64,000 bases of DNA, taken from the NCBI RefSeq assembly GCF_009914755.1, contig NC_060931.1; one strand, 5' to 3'. Both the position numbers and the translations under genes were made by a program. Position 1 is the first letter of the stretch, and each line of letters begins with the position of its first letter. Shown here in pieces: positions 13,419 to 28,040 of the stretch. The DNA comes from the human T2T-CHM13v2.0 reference genome, Homo sapiens. A model generated the notes under the pieces. It searched no databases, was not told the DNA's origin, and saw only the letters and a list, made by a program, of their open reading frames with translations.

Positions 13419-16400
13419 ATAAGGAAAGGTCTCAAATCAATAATCTAATACCTCAAGAAATTAGGAAAAGAAGAGCAAAATAAATCCAGAACAAGCAGAA
13501 GGAAAGAGATAATAAAAGCAAAAGTCGACAAAACTGAAAATAGGGAAACAGTAGAAAAAAAATCAATGTATCAAAAACCTGGTCCTTTAAAAACTTTAAT
13601 AAAATTGATAAATCTGTAACAAAATCGAGAGGAAAAGAGGACACAAATCTGTAATATCAAGAATGAAATGGGACAACAGTACAGATCCTAAAGCCACTAA
13701 AGGACTCATAAAGGACAAGATTACACTCACACATTTTCCAACTAAGAAGAAATGAGGTCAGTTTGTCAAAAACTGCAAACTAATACTCAACCAGGATGAA
13801 ATAGATAATCTGAAGAGTCCTGTAACCATTAGGGAAATGGAGAGAGGGTAGTGGCTATGGTCACAAAAGAGCAAGACCAGGGGTCCTGATGGCAATAGAA
13901 ATGTTCAGTGTCTTGATGTGGTGATGGACACAGGAACCCACACATGTGCTAACATTTTATAGAATTAAGTACACACCTACAAGTAAATATCAAACTGAGG
14001 AAATCTGAGTAAGATAATTGGATTATATCCATGTCAAAGAAATCCTGGTCCCAGCATTGTACTAAGGCTTTCAAAATGTTGCCATTGGGGATAACTCAGT
14101 AAAGGGTACTCAGAATCTCTTTGTATTACATCCTATAACTTGCATGTGAATCTGTTATTATCTCAGTTAAATTTTCGATTAAAAAAAGCTAGCAGCTTGT
14201 TACTTTAGGAGTTGAACCCTGACTGTATGACTCCAGGGACCTTGTTCTCATTCACACGTCTGCATCTCCATGTTATGTTGAGACATTGCATTCCTAGTAG
14301 TTTTACATGATCACATGTAGATCATACCATATGTAAATAGAAAAGTATGCTTGTACATTGTCTTTAACAGCAATTATCAGTATTAGACAAAGCATAGTTT
14401 TGTTTCCCTCCCCCACCCCCCGACCCTGTTCCTGTCTCATAGTTTGAAGTTTCCCTTAAGTATTCACAGTTATAGTCCCCAAAGACTTTAGATGCCACGT
14501 GGCATGCGTAAAGCCAGCATATTCTATTGAAATGGCCGGTATAGTTGCCGAATCAGATGTTTTTAGCTTACAGAAATGACAATTTCATATGACATTTCTT
14601 TTCATATGTTCAAAGAAATTACTTGAGCAAAATGGGAGATTTCTGGAGTAGGCCATAGGATCAAAGGAGTTGCTGGAGGGGACAAGAGAGCTTTAGTATC
14701 CTCAGAGTTTGGAACCTAGGACACATTCTTTTTATTTCCATCTCATACTTTCTTCTCCCTGGATTTTGGCACATACTGCCTGCAGTGGAATCATTGGTGG
14801 TTTCCAGTATCTTCTTTGACCAGTCCTGCAGTCTGAAGGAAATAACTTCTGTATTCCAGGATTTGTTTGAAAAGATCATAGAGAAGATTAGAATTAGCCT
14901 GGCTTGGATCACAGCCCTACACTTTTCCAGTCACTGGGCAAGAGGCAGTGATTGGCCTGGTACAGGCCATGTGGACAGGGAGGGAGAGGTTATTGCTCTG
15001 TGAAGGGAGTAAGAGCTGGGAGGGGGCAGAGGGGCAATGCAGACACAGCTGTTAGAGCGACTGCTGGGATCCAGCAGCTGCTGAAGCCTGTGTCTGAGAT
15101 TATCAAGTCAAGATATCTAAATGGCAGTTAAATCATGAACATAAAAATAATTTTCAAAGTATGCTTAATTGTTCAGTTTTTTAATTCAGGAGAATTTTTC
15201 TCCTCTGCTAATGACAAGGCAGTCTATATTAGAGACTGTCAAAATTATTTCTTAAGAAGCATTTAAACAAATAATTTTTGTAGACTGCTATATGCATTTC
15301 ATTAGACAAATGTATATTCTGCTACAAATTCACATAATCATTTTTCCCTCACTCTACTCAGGACTACTTAGATTGTTTGAAAGAAGGCTTTGGCTAATGG
15401 GTATTGGAAGGAATGGCTGATTGTTTTAAAATATCCTGTTGCATACAGGATGTATTTTTTTGAAGGGTTAAGAATGAAAATAGGAAGCAAGCATGTTCCC
15501 TCTGACTGAAATTACTTTCCTTGAAGCCATTAGTGTGTAAGTCAGATGCTGAACTTACGATATATAGATATTATATAATATGTTACATATATACTTGAAA
15601 ATAAAATTCCAAACAGAATAATGACTGTTGCATGGATATATAATGGAGTAATTTACTATGATGAAGTCTGACTTGATAGCACATCAACACAGTAAGCCTC
15701 ATTTTGAACAGTTCTGCTGTTTCCTTTGTGAAATGGTAGTTGGAAGTATTGTCCGCGGTTATGCAGCATGGTGTTTATGAAGACCTTTGTGGACTCTGCT
15801 TGGATCCATTTCCAGGAAAAAAAATTTCTCTGCCAGTGAACTTTTATGTTTCTTTTGCCAGAAAATGGAGAAAGATGAATGTTTCAATTTTTTTTTTAAG
15901 TGCCAGGATACTTAGAAGCAGCCTGGTTCAGTGCCAAGATGTAGTAATCAGCTTCCTCAGATGTAGTCATTCATTGACGCTGTTTTCTGATTCACCACCA
16001 GTGTCTTGCAAGAGCTTTCACTTTATCTGCCTGCAGCCCTGTTTTAACAGTAGTGTTGACACAACTCACCTGTGTCCATTTGTGATTTCTAAATAGTTTT
16101 TAAATCATAAATATTTGAACCTCAAGGTAACCCTGTAAAGTATGAATAGAGATGACATTGTATTTTTTCAAAAAAAAAAAAAACACAAAAATCTAAACGG
16201 AAACAAGCACAGATGAACTTAATGTCAGTGTAAATTGTAGATTATAGACTTCACAAGGCTGGTCTTTGTTTTGTTCACTGTATCCCTTGCTCCTAGTATA
16301 GTGCTTGACAATAAATGTTTCAGGATGATTGATGTTGAATAAACTTAAAAAGTACTCTGCACCTCACAACTTTGAAGAACATGGAAACACTTGTATTGGC

Positions 16401-16699
16401 AGAAGACAGAAATGTGTAGCCCCAGGAGACAGGAGATAGCTCAAAGCAACCTGTCATGAGCACATTTCTTTGAAGCCTGGTGTTTTATCTTAATAACCCA
16501 TACAAAATTGAATTCTTCTTTGTATTAGGAATGTTTGTTTTATCATAGAGATTGTTTTAAATGTTACTTATCATAAAATATTATGCTTCCGCAAAATACA
16601 CTGTTTATCTTGAATACCCTAGCGTATCTTTAGAAGTACGTACTTCTATTGCTTTTGAAAAATACAAATGTCCAATTAATTACATTTTATTGATGTACT

Positions 16700-17540
16700 G
16701 TCTATATGCTGATGATATCCAAATGTATGTCTTTTATCTTTATTTCATCTCTGTAATTACCATTTTAGTTAATGGCAAGTGTGTTTTTCCAGTTGATTGA
16801 GAAAAAAAATTCTAAGTCATCCTTGATGTGTGTTTTGTTTTTTTTTAAACTTATATCCAGTGTGTTGGATAGTATCATTGGGTTTGACTTGAGAATATAT
16901 CTGGAATTTGGTCATTTTTAACCATTCCTACTACTGCTACCAATCTGCCGCCATTGTCTCTTACCTGGATTCCTGCACTGGGTTTTTAGCTGGCCTGTGG
17001 GTTTTCCCTTGCACCCCACAGCCCAGTCTCCACACAGCGTTGGCACGATCCTGTAAAAACATCAGAGCAGGTGGCACCCTTCTCAGCACTCTCCAGTGGC
17101 CACCCATTTAAACAGAGTTCAGACCCACGTCTCCACTGGGCCTGGCAGAGCCCTCTCTGTATCCTCCTCTCCTACTACCCCTCCCCAGCTCTGCTCTTCC
17201 AGCCTCTCTGGCCTCTTTCCTGTTCCTCCAACCTGCCCGAGTTGCTGCTGCTTCTGGGGTCTGCATTTGCTCTTCCCGAAGGTGTCCAGATGGCTGTTTC
17301 CTACACTTCCTTTGAGTCTTTTCTCAAAACATTTCAATGAGGTCATCCCCATTCATTCCACCTACAATTTCACACCAACCCCCAAACATAAGGTCCTTTC
17401 TCACATTTTTTTTCTTTTGGCACTTATCACATCTAACATACTATATGTTTTATGTGGTGAGGATATTGAATTTCTTTCCTTCCCTTCCCCCTTCCCCACC
17501 CCTAGTGCAATGCTAGATTGCAAGCTTGATGAGGGTAGGG
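16700..17540 (+). mobile_element. L2 LINE 3' portion (terminal piece at ~17985-18035)
   Basis: ctatatgctgatgat (YADD-like); agtcatccttga; ccattgtctcttacctggattcctgcac; tagattgcaagcttgatgagggtaggg. Confidence 0.7.
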
Positions 17541-19279
17541 GAGAAAGGCACCTGTTACCTAAGAGACCTGCCAGGAAATCTTTGCTTCATCCTGATCTGT
17601 CTCCACAGTTCTATTAGAATCCTTCCTTTTTACTCTCCTTGTTTTTCTTCAAGGGCAGGGGGTTGATCCCTAACACCCTCAAAAGACTGCCTCTTGGCTT
17701 TAGGATATTAAGCCAACTTTTTGACAAAAACACATCTGAGCTGCTTTCCTTGGGCATCAGGGATGGAGCTTTTATTGAAGAAAAGAAAGACACTGTCTCC
17801 TCTCTGGTCACTTGTTTGTTCCTGGGTTTCATAGGTGTGTTTCTACGTGTTAGACTCCACAAGCAGTGAAACTCGGAGATCTCTGAGAACATAAGCTTTC
17901 TCATGAGCACTGTTTTCCCTGTGGGTAGACCACCCCTAAGGTGGTGGTGGTGGTGTTTATTTCCCTAAATGGTAGTTACGGGTCAGGTGTGATTCCTGGC
18001 ACATGGTAAATGCTCAGTAAATAATTTCTGAATCAAGACTGGTTCCCTCAATTTTAATCTGATGACTTATTTTCTCCTTATATGGATTATACTTGGCCTT
18101 CCCATTTTAACATTCTGAAGCTGCAGGAGATATTATTAAAGGCCAGGCTACAAAGAGCTCACGTTCCCTTCCAGAATACACTGTTTCTAACAAGCAAGCT
18201 GAATAAATTTCTCTGAATCTGGATTTAAACAAAATTCATTATAAGACTGGCCTTGCATTTGGAACATGTTCTTATAAGGAACCTGTAAGTCATGAATATT
18301 TCACTTTCTTTTCTAAGTTTTCTTTTCAAATGCACATTTGCTTTCATTTTCTTGTTAAAATGGATTGAGAAAGATTAACACAAATGCTGGTGGGAAAAAA
18401 TATAGAGGAAATAAGCATTCATAAATATTTTAGGCCTCCGTTTTTCAACAACCCACAGCTGTGTGTACATAGTTGATCTGGGACAGAATGCCACGCCTTG
18501 TCTCTACAATGTGTTGCCTCAGAGCCAGTGTTCACCTGGGGAATAGAACTTGGATGTTTCGGAAACTGCATAGCACCCTAGTGAAAAATGCTTCCAAGTG
18601 CAAGACAGACTCTTATCTCCAAGGATTCCAGACCGTATTCTACCGTTTCCAAAAATAACCTGCCATCATCAGCTTTGATCCCTACCTTTAAGATAACATT
18701 TTATTTTCTATTTGTTCAAGTAAAACATGTTCATAAAAAGTACTTTGGCCTTTTCTTCCATAGATTGTAAGTGTAAAAATTTGCCTAGGTTTCGGTCTCA
18801 GCCAAGATGGTCAACTGCATATACTACTGAGTTCTGAATACCATGTTAGCTATTGAGAAAGAATAAAAGCTAGAGGGATGCATGGGTGCTAAAAACTAAC
18901 AACAAAAATGCTAGGAACCCCTTGGGAGACTGAAGTGGGCTTTAGCTTCTGTATAGTGGCTAAGTAGACGGGTAGCTGCAGCCTGTGGACGAGGCAGCCA
19001 TAGGTGTCTGGAGAGTCTGGAGGAAACTGGTTTTTAAAACTATTTTTTCTAAGTTATGATAAAGTATACATAACATAAACTTACCATTTTTAAGTGTACT
19101 GTTTGGTGGCACTAAGTGCAATCACATTAAGTTCTGCTTTTGCCTCTCCTATTGCCTTCCCTGAATTTTATTTCCAGCCCAATTGTCACTCACACGTGAG
19201 GATATAAGAAGTATCTTCAGCTATACAAGACCTTATAAAAGTTTCTATATAAAGAGCCACACTGAAACATGCTGGGAGG

Positions 19280-19333
19280 AAATACTTAAATATGAAGGGA
19301 AGCAAATACTTAAATATGAAGAGAAGCAAATAC
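19280..19333. repeat. 24-bp tandem duplication
   Basis: aaatacttaaatatgaagggaagc / aaatacttaaatatgaagagaagc / aaatac. Confidence 0.9.
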
Positions 19334-20789
19334 ACGGGCAGCTACAAGAGATAGGGGAGGTAAGGGGGATCAAGTCCCCTGGCAAAGTTCATTGATGTCT
19401 TGAAAAAGAAGGCTAGGACATAAGAAAACAGAAAATACATGCAAGTAACCCAGAGCTAAACTTCTAGATGTTACCGTTATTGAGTGGAGGAGAAACCAAA
19501 GACGGTAGGGATGAAGAAACATACAGATGGATCTGCTGGGGAGACATTGTGAAAATGAAAAGCAAGAGGTGCAGCTTTTAAACCAGCAGAAGAAAATTGG
19601 ATCTAGCCAATCAAAAATAGGAAAGGGGAAGTGGGATGGAAAGAATAAAACAAAAATAAAATACAGTAAATGGAAAATATGAAAAAAAGCTGGAAAAGTT
19701 CAAGTTTTAGAGTAATTACAACGTATATTCCTGGATTATCCATCGTAAAGATGTATTCTCAGATGGGGCGGAAAAACAAGATACAAAAAATAGGTTATAA
19801 GAGACACACTTCAAAAGAAGTTGGAAATAAAAGGATGGAAGAGAGAGTACACAAATATGAACCAACAGAAAGCAGTGGTAACTTAAATATATTATTAAAG
19901 ATGAAGAGGAATGCTATATATTGATAAAGGGAATATGACAAGAAGATGTAACCATAAAAAATGGTAATCTGCAATATAGTTTGAAAATATATCCAGCAAC
20001 AATTGACAGAATTGCAGAGAGACATCAACAGTTGTAGCTGAAATTTTTAACACACTGTTCTCAGAAATTAGTAAATCCTACAGTTGAAAAGCAGGCAGAG
20101 GTGGAGAAAACTTGAAAAATACAATTAATAAGCATGAGCTGTTAGGAATACACCTAAAACTGCATACTTGAGACAATGTGTATTTTTTAAGCTCGTTTGG
20201 AGTGATTATAAAAATAAACCGTGTATTATGCCATATAAGAAGCCTCAATTTCCCAGGAATGAAAGCAATAACAAATTAGGTTCACTTAGTATAATGCAAT
20301 AAAATAAGAAATTACTAATAAAATGATAGTCCCTAACTCCCAAAAAACCGCTTGTGGTTACAAATTAAATAACATATTTCTAAATAGCTATTGAATTAAA
20401 AAAATAAAATTATGATATATTTAGAACTGAAAGACAGTGAAAACATGACATTTCAGATTTGTAGGATGTAGTTCAAGCAGTACTTAAAAGGACTTTATAG
20501 CTTAAATAAACATAGTTTATTAAACATATAGTTTATTAAATATTAGGAAACAAGAAAGATAAAAAATGAGCCAAAAAGTTGGTAAAAAGAACACAAAGCA
20601 AATTTCAAGGAAACAAGATAGAAAAATAAAGGTAAGTACAGAAAGCAATGAAATACAGAATAATAATAATAACACCTGACATGATAGAGAAGGTTAAAAT
20701 CAAAACTTGATTCTTTGAAAGATAAGATAGACCTCTGACAGACTCAAAAAGAAAGAAAAGAGAAGCTAAAAATAAAATACAGGACAATG

Positions 20790-20940
20790 CTGGCACCTGT
20801 AGTCCCAGCTGCTTTGGGAGGCCGAGACAGGATAATTGCTTGAACCCAGGAGGCTGAGGTTGCAGTGAGCCGAGATTGCGCAACTACTTTCCATCTTGGG
20901 TGACAGAGGGAGACTCTCAAAAAAAAATTTATTTTAATAA
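20790..20940 (+). mobile_element. 5'-truncated Alu (right arm only)
   Basis: ggcacctgtagtcccagct...gaggttgcagtgagccgagattgcg; 16-bp TSD AAAATACAGGACAATG (20774-20789, 20941-20956). Confidence 0.9.
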
Positions 20941-22025
20941 AAAATACAGGACAATGACAAAAAAGGAAATAGCTGTAGACCAAAGAAATTTTCAAATGAT
21001 TTTATTGGAACAAAATGTATACTTAATAAATTTGGGGGAAAAGCTAAATAAAATGAATAAATTCTCAGAAAAAAATATAAAATGTAAAAATTATCCTAAG
21101 AAATACAGAACATGATTTCACCAATACATGGTAAAGAAATGGAGAAAGTAGTCAAAAGCTTTCCTCCCAGAAAGCACCTGAGAGAATTTTATGGTTGAGT
21201 TCTACTAAACTTTAGAAAGTTGGTTCTTTTATGAACTAATCCAGAAAACAGTGAAGAGAGAGATGTTCAGCAATTTTCTGAAGTTAATGAAACCTCGATT
21301 ACAGTACCTGTGAATGTAACAGTGTACATTAAAAGAGTGAAGGCAAAAATGCGATTATCTCAAGCAGTCACTGTTTAGGAGACAAATCTGGATTTCCAAG
21401 CAGAAGGAGATATAATATAGGGGATCAGGTACTTTAAAAGTTGTAAGCGTTGGAGAAGCAGTTTTGGGTTGTGGGGTCGGTGGTAAGATCACATGACAAT
21501 CCAGGAGACAGGAAGTTGCTACTACTGTCACTTTTATTACTTTTTTTTTTTTTTAAACCTCACAAGGGGATAACTAGACACTGGAATATAGCTGGGCCCA
21601 GCAAACACATCTCTCCAGTCTTGCTTTCTTCCATCCGCTGTAGCAGGAAAATGGCCTCTACTTCACCTCCCTCTTCCAGAGGTCATGATAAAGCATCTAA
21701 ATTGCATCCAGAACCTTAGCTACAAAGGAATCTGGGAAATATGGTTGTTATCTGTCAGACCTATTCAACAGAGGGAGATTGAAATGGAGTTTGAGAGATG
21801 CACTATAAAGTATGTACCACAAATGCTCATTACCTCTGCTGCTACTTAACATAGCGTTTTCATTTTATGTCCTGATCAGTGCTATCCAGGAAGTAAAGCA
21901 AGAGGCATATGGATCTAAAGGAATAGATAAAATTGTCATTACTTATAGAAAGTATGGTCATCTTAACAGAATTTAGTAAACTGATTACTAGAACTAAAGA
22001 GTACAATGACATTACTGTGTATAAA

Positions 22026-22357
22026 CAGTCATCTCTTGGTATCTGGAGGGGAGTGGTTCTGGAACCTCCCTCAGATACCACAATTCACAGATGCTCAAAT
22101 CCCTGACTTAAAACAGCTTAGTATTTGGATATAACCTGTGCATATTCTCCTGTGTACTTTAAATCACATCTAGGTAACTTATACAACTTGATATAATGTA
22201 AATGCTATGTTAAGTAGTTGTTATATTGTTCAGGGAATAATGACAGGAAAAAGAAGTCTGTACATATTCAGTACAAATGCAATTTTTTCCGAATATTTTC
22301 CATCCACAGTTGATCAGATCCATAGATGTGGAACCCACAGATGCAGAGGATGAACTG
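22026..22357. mobile_element. MER2 (TcMar-Tigger MITE)
   Basis: Termini cagtcatctcttggtatc...atgcagaggatgaactg followed by TA; internal gatgctcaaatccctga and aaagaagtctgtacatattcagtac. Confidence 0.85.
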
Positions 22358-22657
22358 TACATATGATCAAACTATAAGAGTCAATTTATTCTAGTAGTAT
22401 CCAATTAAAAATGAATAAAAACATAAGATACGACTTACAGCAACGAAAGCAATATAATATCTATGAATTAATAAGAATGTATAAAAATCTCTTCAGGGTA
22501 GAATTTAAAATGCTAATAAAAGACCAAGATTATCTGAGTAAATAGAGTTTTTATTCTCTTGGAGGTAGTCGTAAAAAGGTGTCAGTTCTTCACAAAATAT
22601 TTAAAATTAAACCCCAGCATTTTTATTGTATGTTTTTGGGAACTTGATAAACTTCTT

Positions 22658-22960
22658 CTTTTTTTTTTTTTTTTTTTTGAGATGGAGTCTCGCTCTGTCG
22701 CCCAGGCTGGAGTGCAGTGGCGCGATCTTGGCTCACTGCAAGCTCCCCCTCCCAGGTTCACGCCATTCTCCTGCCTCAGCCTCCTGAGTAACTGGGACTA
22801 CAGGCACCCGCCATCACGCCCAGCTAATTTTTTTGTATTTTCAGTAGAGACGGGGTTTCACTGTGTTAGCCAGGATGGTCTCGATCTCCTGACCTCGTGA
22901 TCCGCCTGCCTCGGCCTCCCAAAGTGCTGGGATTACAGGCGTGAGCCACCACGCCCGGCC
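22658..22960 (-). mobile_element. AluY
   Basis: CpG-rich full dimer with AluY diagnostics; 12-bp TSD GATAAACTTCTT (22646-22657, 22961-22972). Confidence 0.97.
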
Positions 22961-23796
22961 GATAAACTTCTTAAAAACATAAAGCAGTAGAGGAAAATTG
23001 ATCCACTTGATTTTATCACCATTACAGATTCTGTTCAATGAAGGTATCTGTAGACAGATGGGCAGATGACAGAATGGAAAATGATGTAGGTGTATGGAAT
23101 GTCCACAACTTAGATTAACAGGAAATCTTTGTCTAGAACTGTAAGAAACTACTGCCAAAAAAAAAAAAAAAAAGTGATTGCAATCCAAGGAGAAAAATAA
23201 GAGATATGACCACACACTTCACAAAACAGTGAACGCAAAAGGCTAACCAGCATAGGAAGAAATCTTCAAGCTCATTATTACCGAGAGAAATAAGAATCGA
23301 AGCAGTAAAATGATATCCTTATTACACTAGCAAGAGTTGGCTGAGGATGGTAGATACAAGTGGGGATGTGTGAACATAGGAATTGTCATGCACTGGTGGT
23401 GGGAGTGTAGACTTGGCACCTATACTGGAGAACAGAAGTTGCTAAATTAGGCCCAGAAATACTGATCCCACATTTATTTTCCCGGGTACGCATCCTAGGA
23501 ACACTTTTAGATAATTGAATAAGGGATATGCCTGAGGTATAGCATCATTAAGGCAAGCTGCCCTTGTCGTGAAGTATTTACATTGTTAGGTTTTTTAAAA
23601 ACACTGAGGATTTGGTCACTTTTCGTGTTATCTACTTAAGGAGAACAGTGCTTTGATGTTTGTTTATTAGCTTTGCAACCTCGACAGGTATTTATCCTCT
23701 GTTCCTCAGCGGCTTCGTGGGTTGTTGTGAGAATGAAATGGCTTGATACCTGCAACAGGATTAGAAGTACTTGTGAGAGTAAATGCCTAGTCAGTA

Positions 23797-23909
23797 GCAG
23801 CTATTATTGTGGAATTATTCCTAGAAGCCGAAGCACTGAGTTGATTGGTATGGACTTTCCAAAGGCTCATCTTACTTTGAATATTTATTGTGTGCTACTA
23901 TGTGTCTTG
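23797..23909. repeat. Dispersed direct duplication, copy 1 (copy 2 at 26106-26223)
   Basis: gaattattcctagaagccgaagcactgagttgattggtatggac...aaggctcatcttactttgaatatttattg aligns to 26121-26203. Confidence 0.85.
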
Positions 23910-24217
23910 ACGTTTAGACTAAGTGGTCAAAAATTCTTGTCCTGGTGCTAGAAAACTACCACAGTAAATGGAAAAAAGGTAAATGAGGTACATGCTAGTC
24001 ATTGCTAACAGATGAAGCTGCAGTTGGAGTTAATGGTAAATGTGCTTAACTTTTGGGTTATCTGATCTGTTTTAATTCTTCGTTTGTATCATTCCAGAAT
24101 TGTCAGGAGGAGATGGTAAACCTCTGAGGGTTTTCTTTGGTTCTTTTTTGGTTCCTAATTGAGACAGGCTAGAGGGCTGTGCCTTTGATGGCTGCATAAC
24201 ATTCTACATGGTTCTTT

Positions 24218-24575
<358 letters not shown>

Positions 24576-26603
24576 TGATCATTAAGAGATTTGTTGTTTG
24601 AACCAGTGTCATTATTGATAATGGATAAATGCATTTAATATGTAGTTTAATATGCATTTAATTTAATATGCATTTAATAAATGCATAACTTCATATGCAT
24701 TTAATTGTAGTCAGCTACTTTAGGTAACTGATATACTCTAATGTCCCAGCCTCCCTCCAGATGAAAATAATGTTGTTCTTCTCAGTGTTCCCACTGCTCT
24801 TTTTCCCTCTATTACCATAGTAATCACTGTTCTTCTTTATATTGTGGTATATGTATATTTTTTTCTCACTAGATTTTAGTTTCTTCTGGCCGGAGACCAT
24901 GGGTGATTCACCTTTGAATCCCTAAAATGATTAACATTCAAGAAGTTTTTGTCAAATTGAATTCCCTCCTTCCCCCTTGGTATCATTTGTGCTCTCTTCT
25001 GGGAAATATTTAAAATGTCTCCAAGGTTATTGATCACTACATTCTAGAGGACCTCAGAAATGGTTCTCACCAGCCACCCATGTTAAAGGGCAGACCTGTG
25101 GCAGACAGAGCCATTATAATTTATGACTCTTTCTGTGGTGACAGATAGATGTGGCCTTTGGTAGGCTCCCTGATTCAAAATGGTTTATCCTGAGCTGATG
25201 TCATCTTTGGGAGTACCTGTAATGGATCTGATCACCGGATCCCTTCAGGCACCACACAAATTCCAGCAAGTTTTGCCCCTAGCTAGGAGCATATATTTAT
25301 TCTACATTGCTAATAGACAGAAAATATTTTCCCAAAGGAATTATAGGCAATTTGCTTTAGTATCTTTATTTACTATGCAAATAAACATTTATTTTTAGTT
25401 TAAGTTCTCTAATTTATTGCCGAATATTTAGTGTGGCATATGTTTTTTTTTTTTTTTCTAGTAACTCATTACCATGAGTGGTTCTTGGGCCTTAATTTTC
25501 TCATCTGAAAAATTAACGAGTCTGTATTTTTTTATATTTACTCATTTAAAATTTATATCTCGCTTAGTTTTAAATGTTTTAAAAAGTGTTTAAAGTTAGT
25601 GAAAAGAGTACAGAGAATACAAAAACAAATACTATATCCAGTAAGTTAGAAGCGAGAAAAACAAGGAAAAACAGAAGTCGGAATTCAAACGAGAACCAGA
25701 AGTAAGGCAGATAGACAAATGCTGAGAGCCTGGTTCATCTGCCAGGACCGTGCATGATTTGAGTGATCTGCTCTCTAGCAACTACCAGGGAAAAGGAATC
25801 CCAGTCAGTCACCTGGTTCCCAAGGTTCATGAGATAATCTCTGAGAAGTACAACTAATCATGGTGCTGGGAGGAGAAGGATATTTCTCTTGAGAAGTCTG
25901 GAGGAGAGCACTGTGATTGAATGAGCCCGAGGCTCTGCACTTCACGGCCCCTCAGGCCTGGCAGTATTTGGAGATCCTCTGCTGCTGAGGCCAGGGTGTC
26001 TGTGCCCACGGTTCATCATTGGTGTCTGCTTTGCATTCTTCAAGGCAATTTTCACTTCCAACGTGATCTACAGAAGTGCTCACAAGAGCAGACCCTCAGG
26101 AAGTGGCAGCCATGACTATAGAATTATTCCTGGAAATCAAAGCACTGGGTTAATTGGTATGGATTTTTTTTAAGGCTCATCTTACTTTGTTTGAATATTT
26201 ATTGAGTGCTACTAATGTGCTTGGCTTTTGTTAACTTTCGGAGGAAAAATTTGACCTCAGGCTTGTTAGAGTCTGTCCTTTGTGACACGCAGTTGGTACG
26301 TTGTTTATTTTATGGTTAATGTGTCCACTTGGTGCAGCTTGTGTTTGATAAACCACCATCTCCTTTTCCTCTGTCTCCCAGAAGTTCAGAGTGTTTTTCT
26401 CTCACTTTGGCCTTAGGACCATTATTTTCTCTTACCAGTCTGTTTTCTTTATAATTCTAAATCACACACACCAGCTCCATCATTTGAGAGAGGTGGGGAC
26501 AGAAACAACTGGCTCCCACTTCTCTGTGTCACCACCAGTGTCCAGTTGGTTTGGGCCAAGCCTTGGACTGCATGTTTCCTGGCTTTTTAAGTATCCCTTG
26601 ACT

Positions 26604-26930
26604 CAACCTTTTTGGCATCAGGACTGGTTTCATGGAAGATAGTTTTTCCACAGCCCAGTGGGCAGGGAGGTGATGATTTGGGGATGAAACTGTTCAGATC
26701 ATCAGGCATTAGTTAGATTCTCATAAGGAGTGTGCACCCTAGATCCCTCACGTGCACAGTTCACAGTAGGGTTTATGCCCCTATGAAAATCAAACGCCGC
26801 CTCTGACCTGACGGGAGGAGTTGCTCAGGCAGTAATGCTTGCTTGCCCACTGCTCACCTCCTGCTGTGCAGCTGGTTCCTAACAGGCTATGGACCGGTAC
26901 CCGTCCACAGCCCGGAGTTGGGGATCCCTG
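26604..26930. mobile_element. MER1B (hAT-Charlie)
   Basis: caacctttttggcatcaggactggtttcatggaagat...cagatcatcaggcattagttagattctcataaggag...gttggggatccctg. Confidence 0.9.
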
Positions 26931-27738
26931 CCTTAACTAAGGGATCCCTTTCCCCCAACTCTTCTCTGCATCTTGCTGGATGAGGAGGTTTCCCATTTAC
27001 TCCATTACTCTTTCAAGAAAGTCTCCAATTCTGTCTTATCTGGAAATACTTCTTGTTTTCTAATGATAGGTTAATTCATAACAACATGATCATTAACTTA
27101 TGTCACAATCGCAGATGGCAGTGGCCCGGCCATATCCTGCAGTCTCACGTAACGAGGCCTGTGAGAGTTGGTGTAATTTACTGCACTGATGGGTCCCTAA
27201 AGGCATTTCAGGCTTTGCTCCACAAAGTACTCTCTTTTAGCACAAATTAATGTTCTTTGTTTTGTTCAGTGACTTTTGTCAATATATAAATCTTAGAATT
27301 TATTATAATCACAGTTTGCTTGCTTACTTTTCATGCATGCTTCTTTAATCCAGGGTGATTTATGTGTTTATGCATGAATTTTTCTGTCAGAATATGAACT
27401 GAGATATTTGCACTTAAAGTACACACGTTTGTTTTACATTTTCTCACAGAGCTAATACTTTGTTTTCCCAAAATACATTTACTTAATGAAATTAGGATCT
27501 TCATGTTGAGATGTTCATTTTTAAAATTTGACTTTAGTTATGTTAACCAAGTCTGCGTTACTTAATTTAATTTGGAGTCGACTTACTGAAGTTGATAATT
27601 TACTTAAATGTAATAGCTGAACTGCGTAAATTTTAAAAACTTATCCTAGCTATTTGATATTACCAATCTATAAAATCTTGATTTTGATGTTGTTGTTCTT
27701 ATTGTAGATTATCTTTGTTATTAAGAGAGCAGCTTTTT

Positions 27739-28040
<302 letters not shown>

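Larger units (their letters stand above)
9735..14187 (+). mobile_element. Old L1M (L1MC/L1MD-like), internally deleted, hosting a younger L1MA
   Basis: L1M-type 5' region ~9735-10470; ORF2 endonuclease-region homology 10470-10909 resuming at 13429; 3' end aatctctttgtattacatcctataacttgcatgtgaatctg...A-tail at ~14187. Confidence 0.65.
18790..23520 (+). mobile_element. Highly degraded old L1 (L1ME/L1M4-5-like), fragmented by later insertions
   Basis: A-rich strand with ORF2-like segments, e.g. atatttagaactgaaagacagtgaaaacatgaca...gtagttcaagcagtacttaaagggactttatagc and tcatgcactggtggtgggagtgtagac. Confidence 0.55.

Noticed and set aside
22559-23215. ORFs over 100 aa (also 7959-8381, 30503-30835, 40950-41816)
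   Set aside because: Alu read-through peptides such as [15 protein letters not shown] and [13 protein letters not shown].
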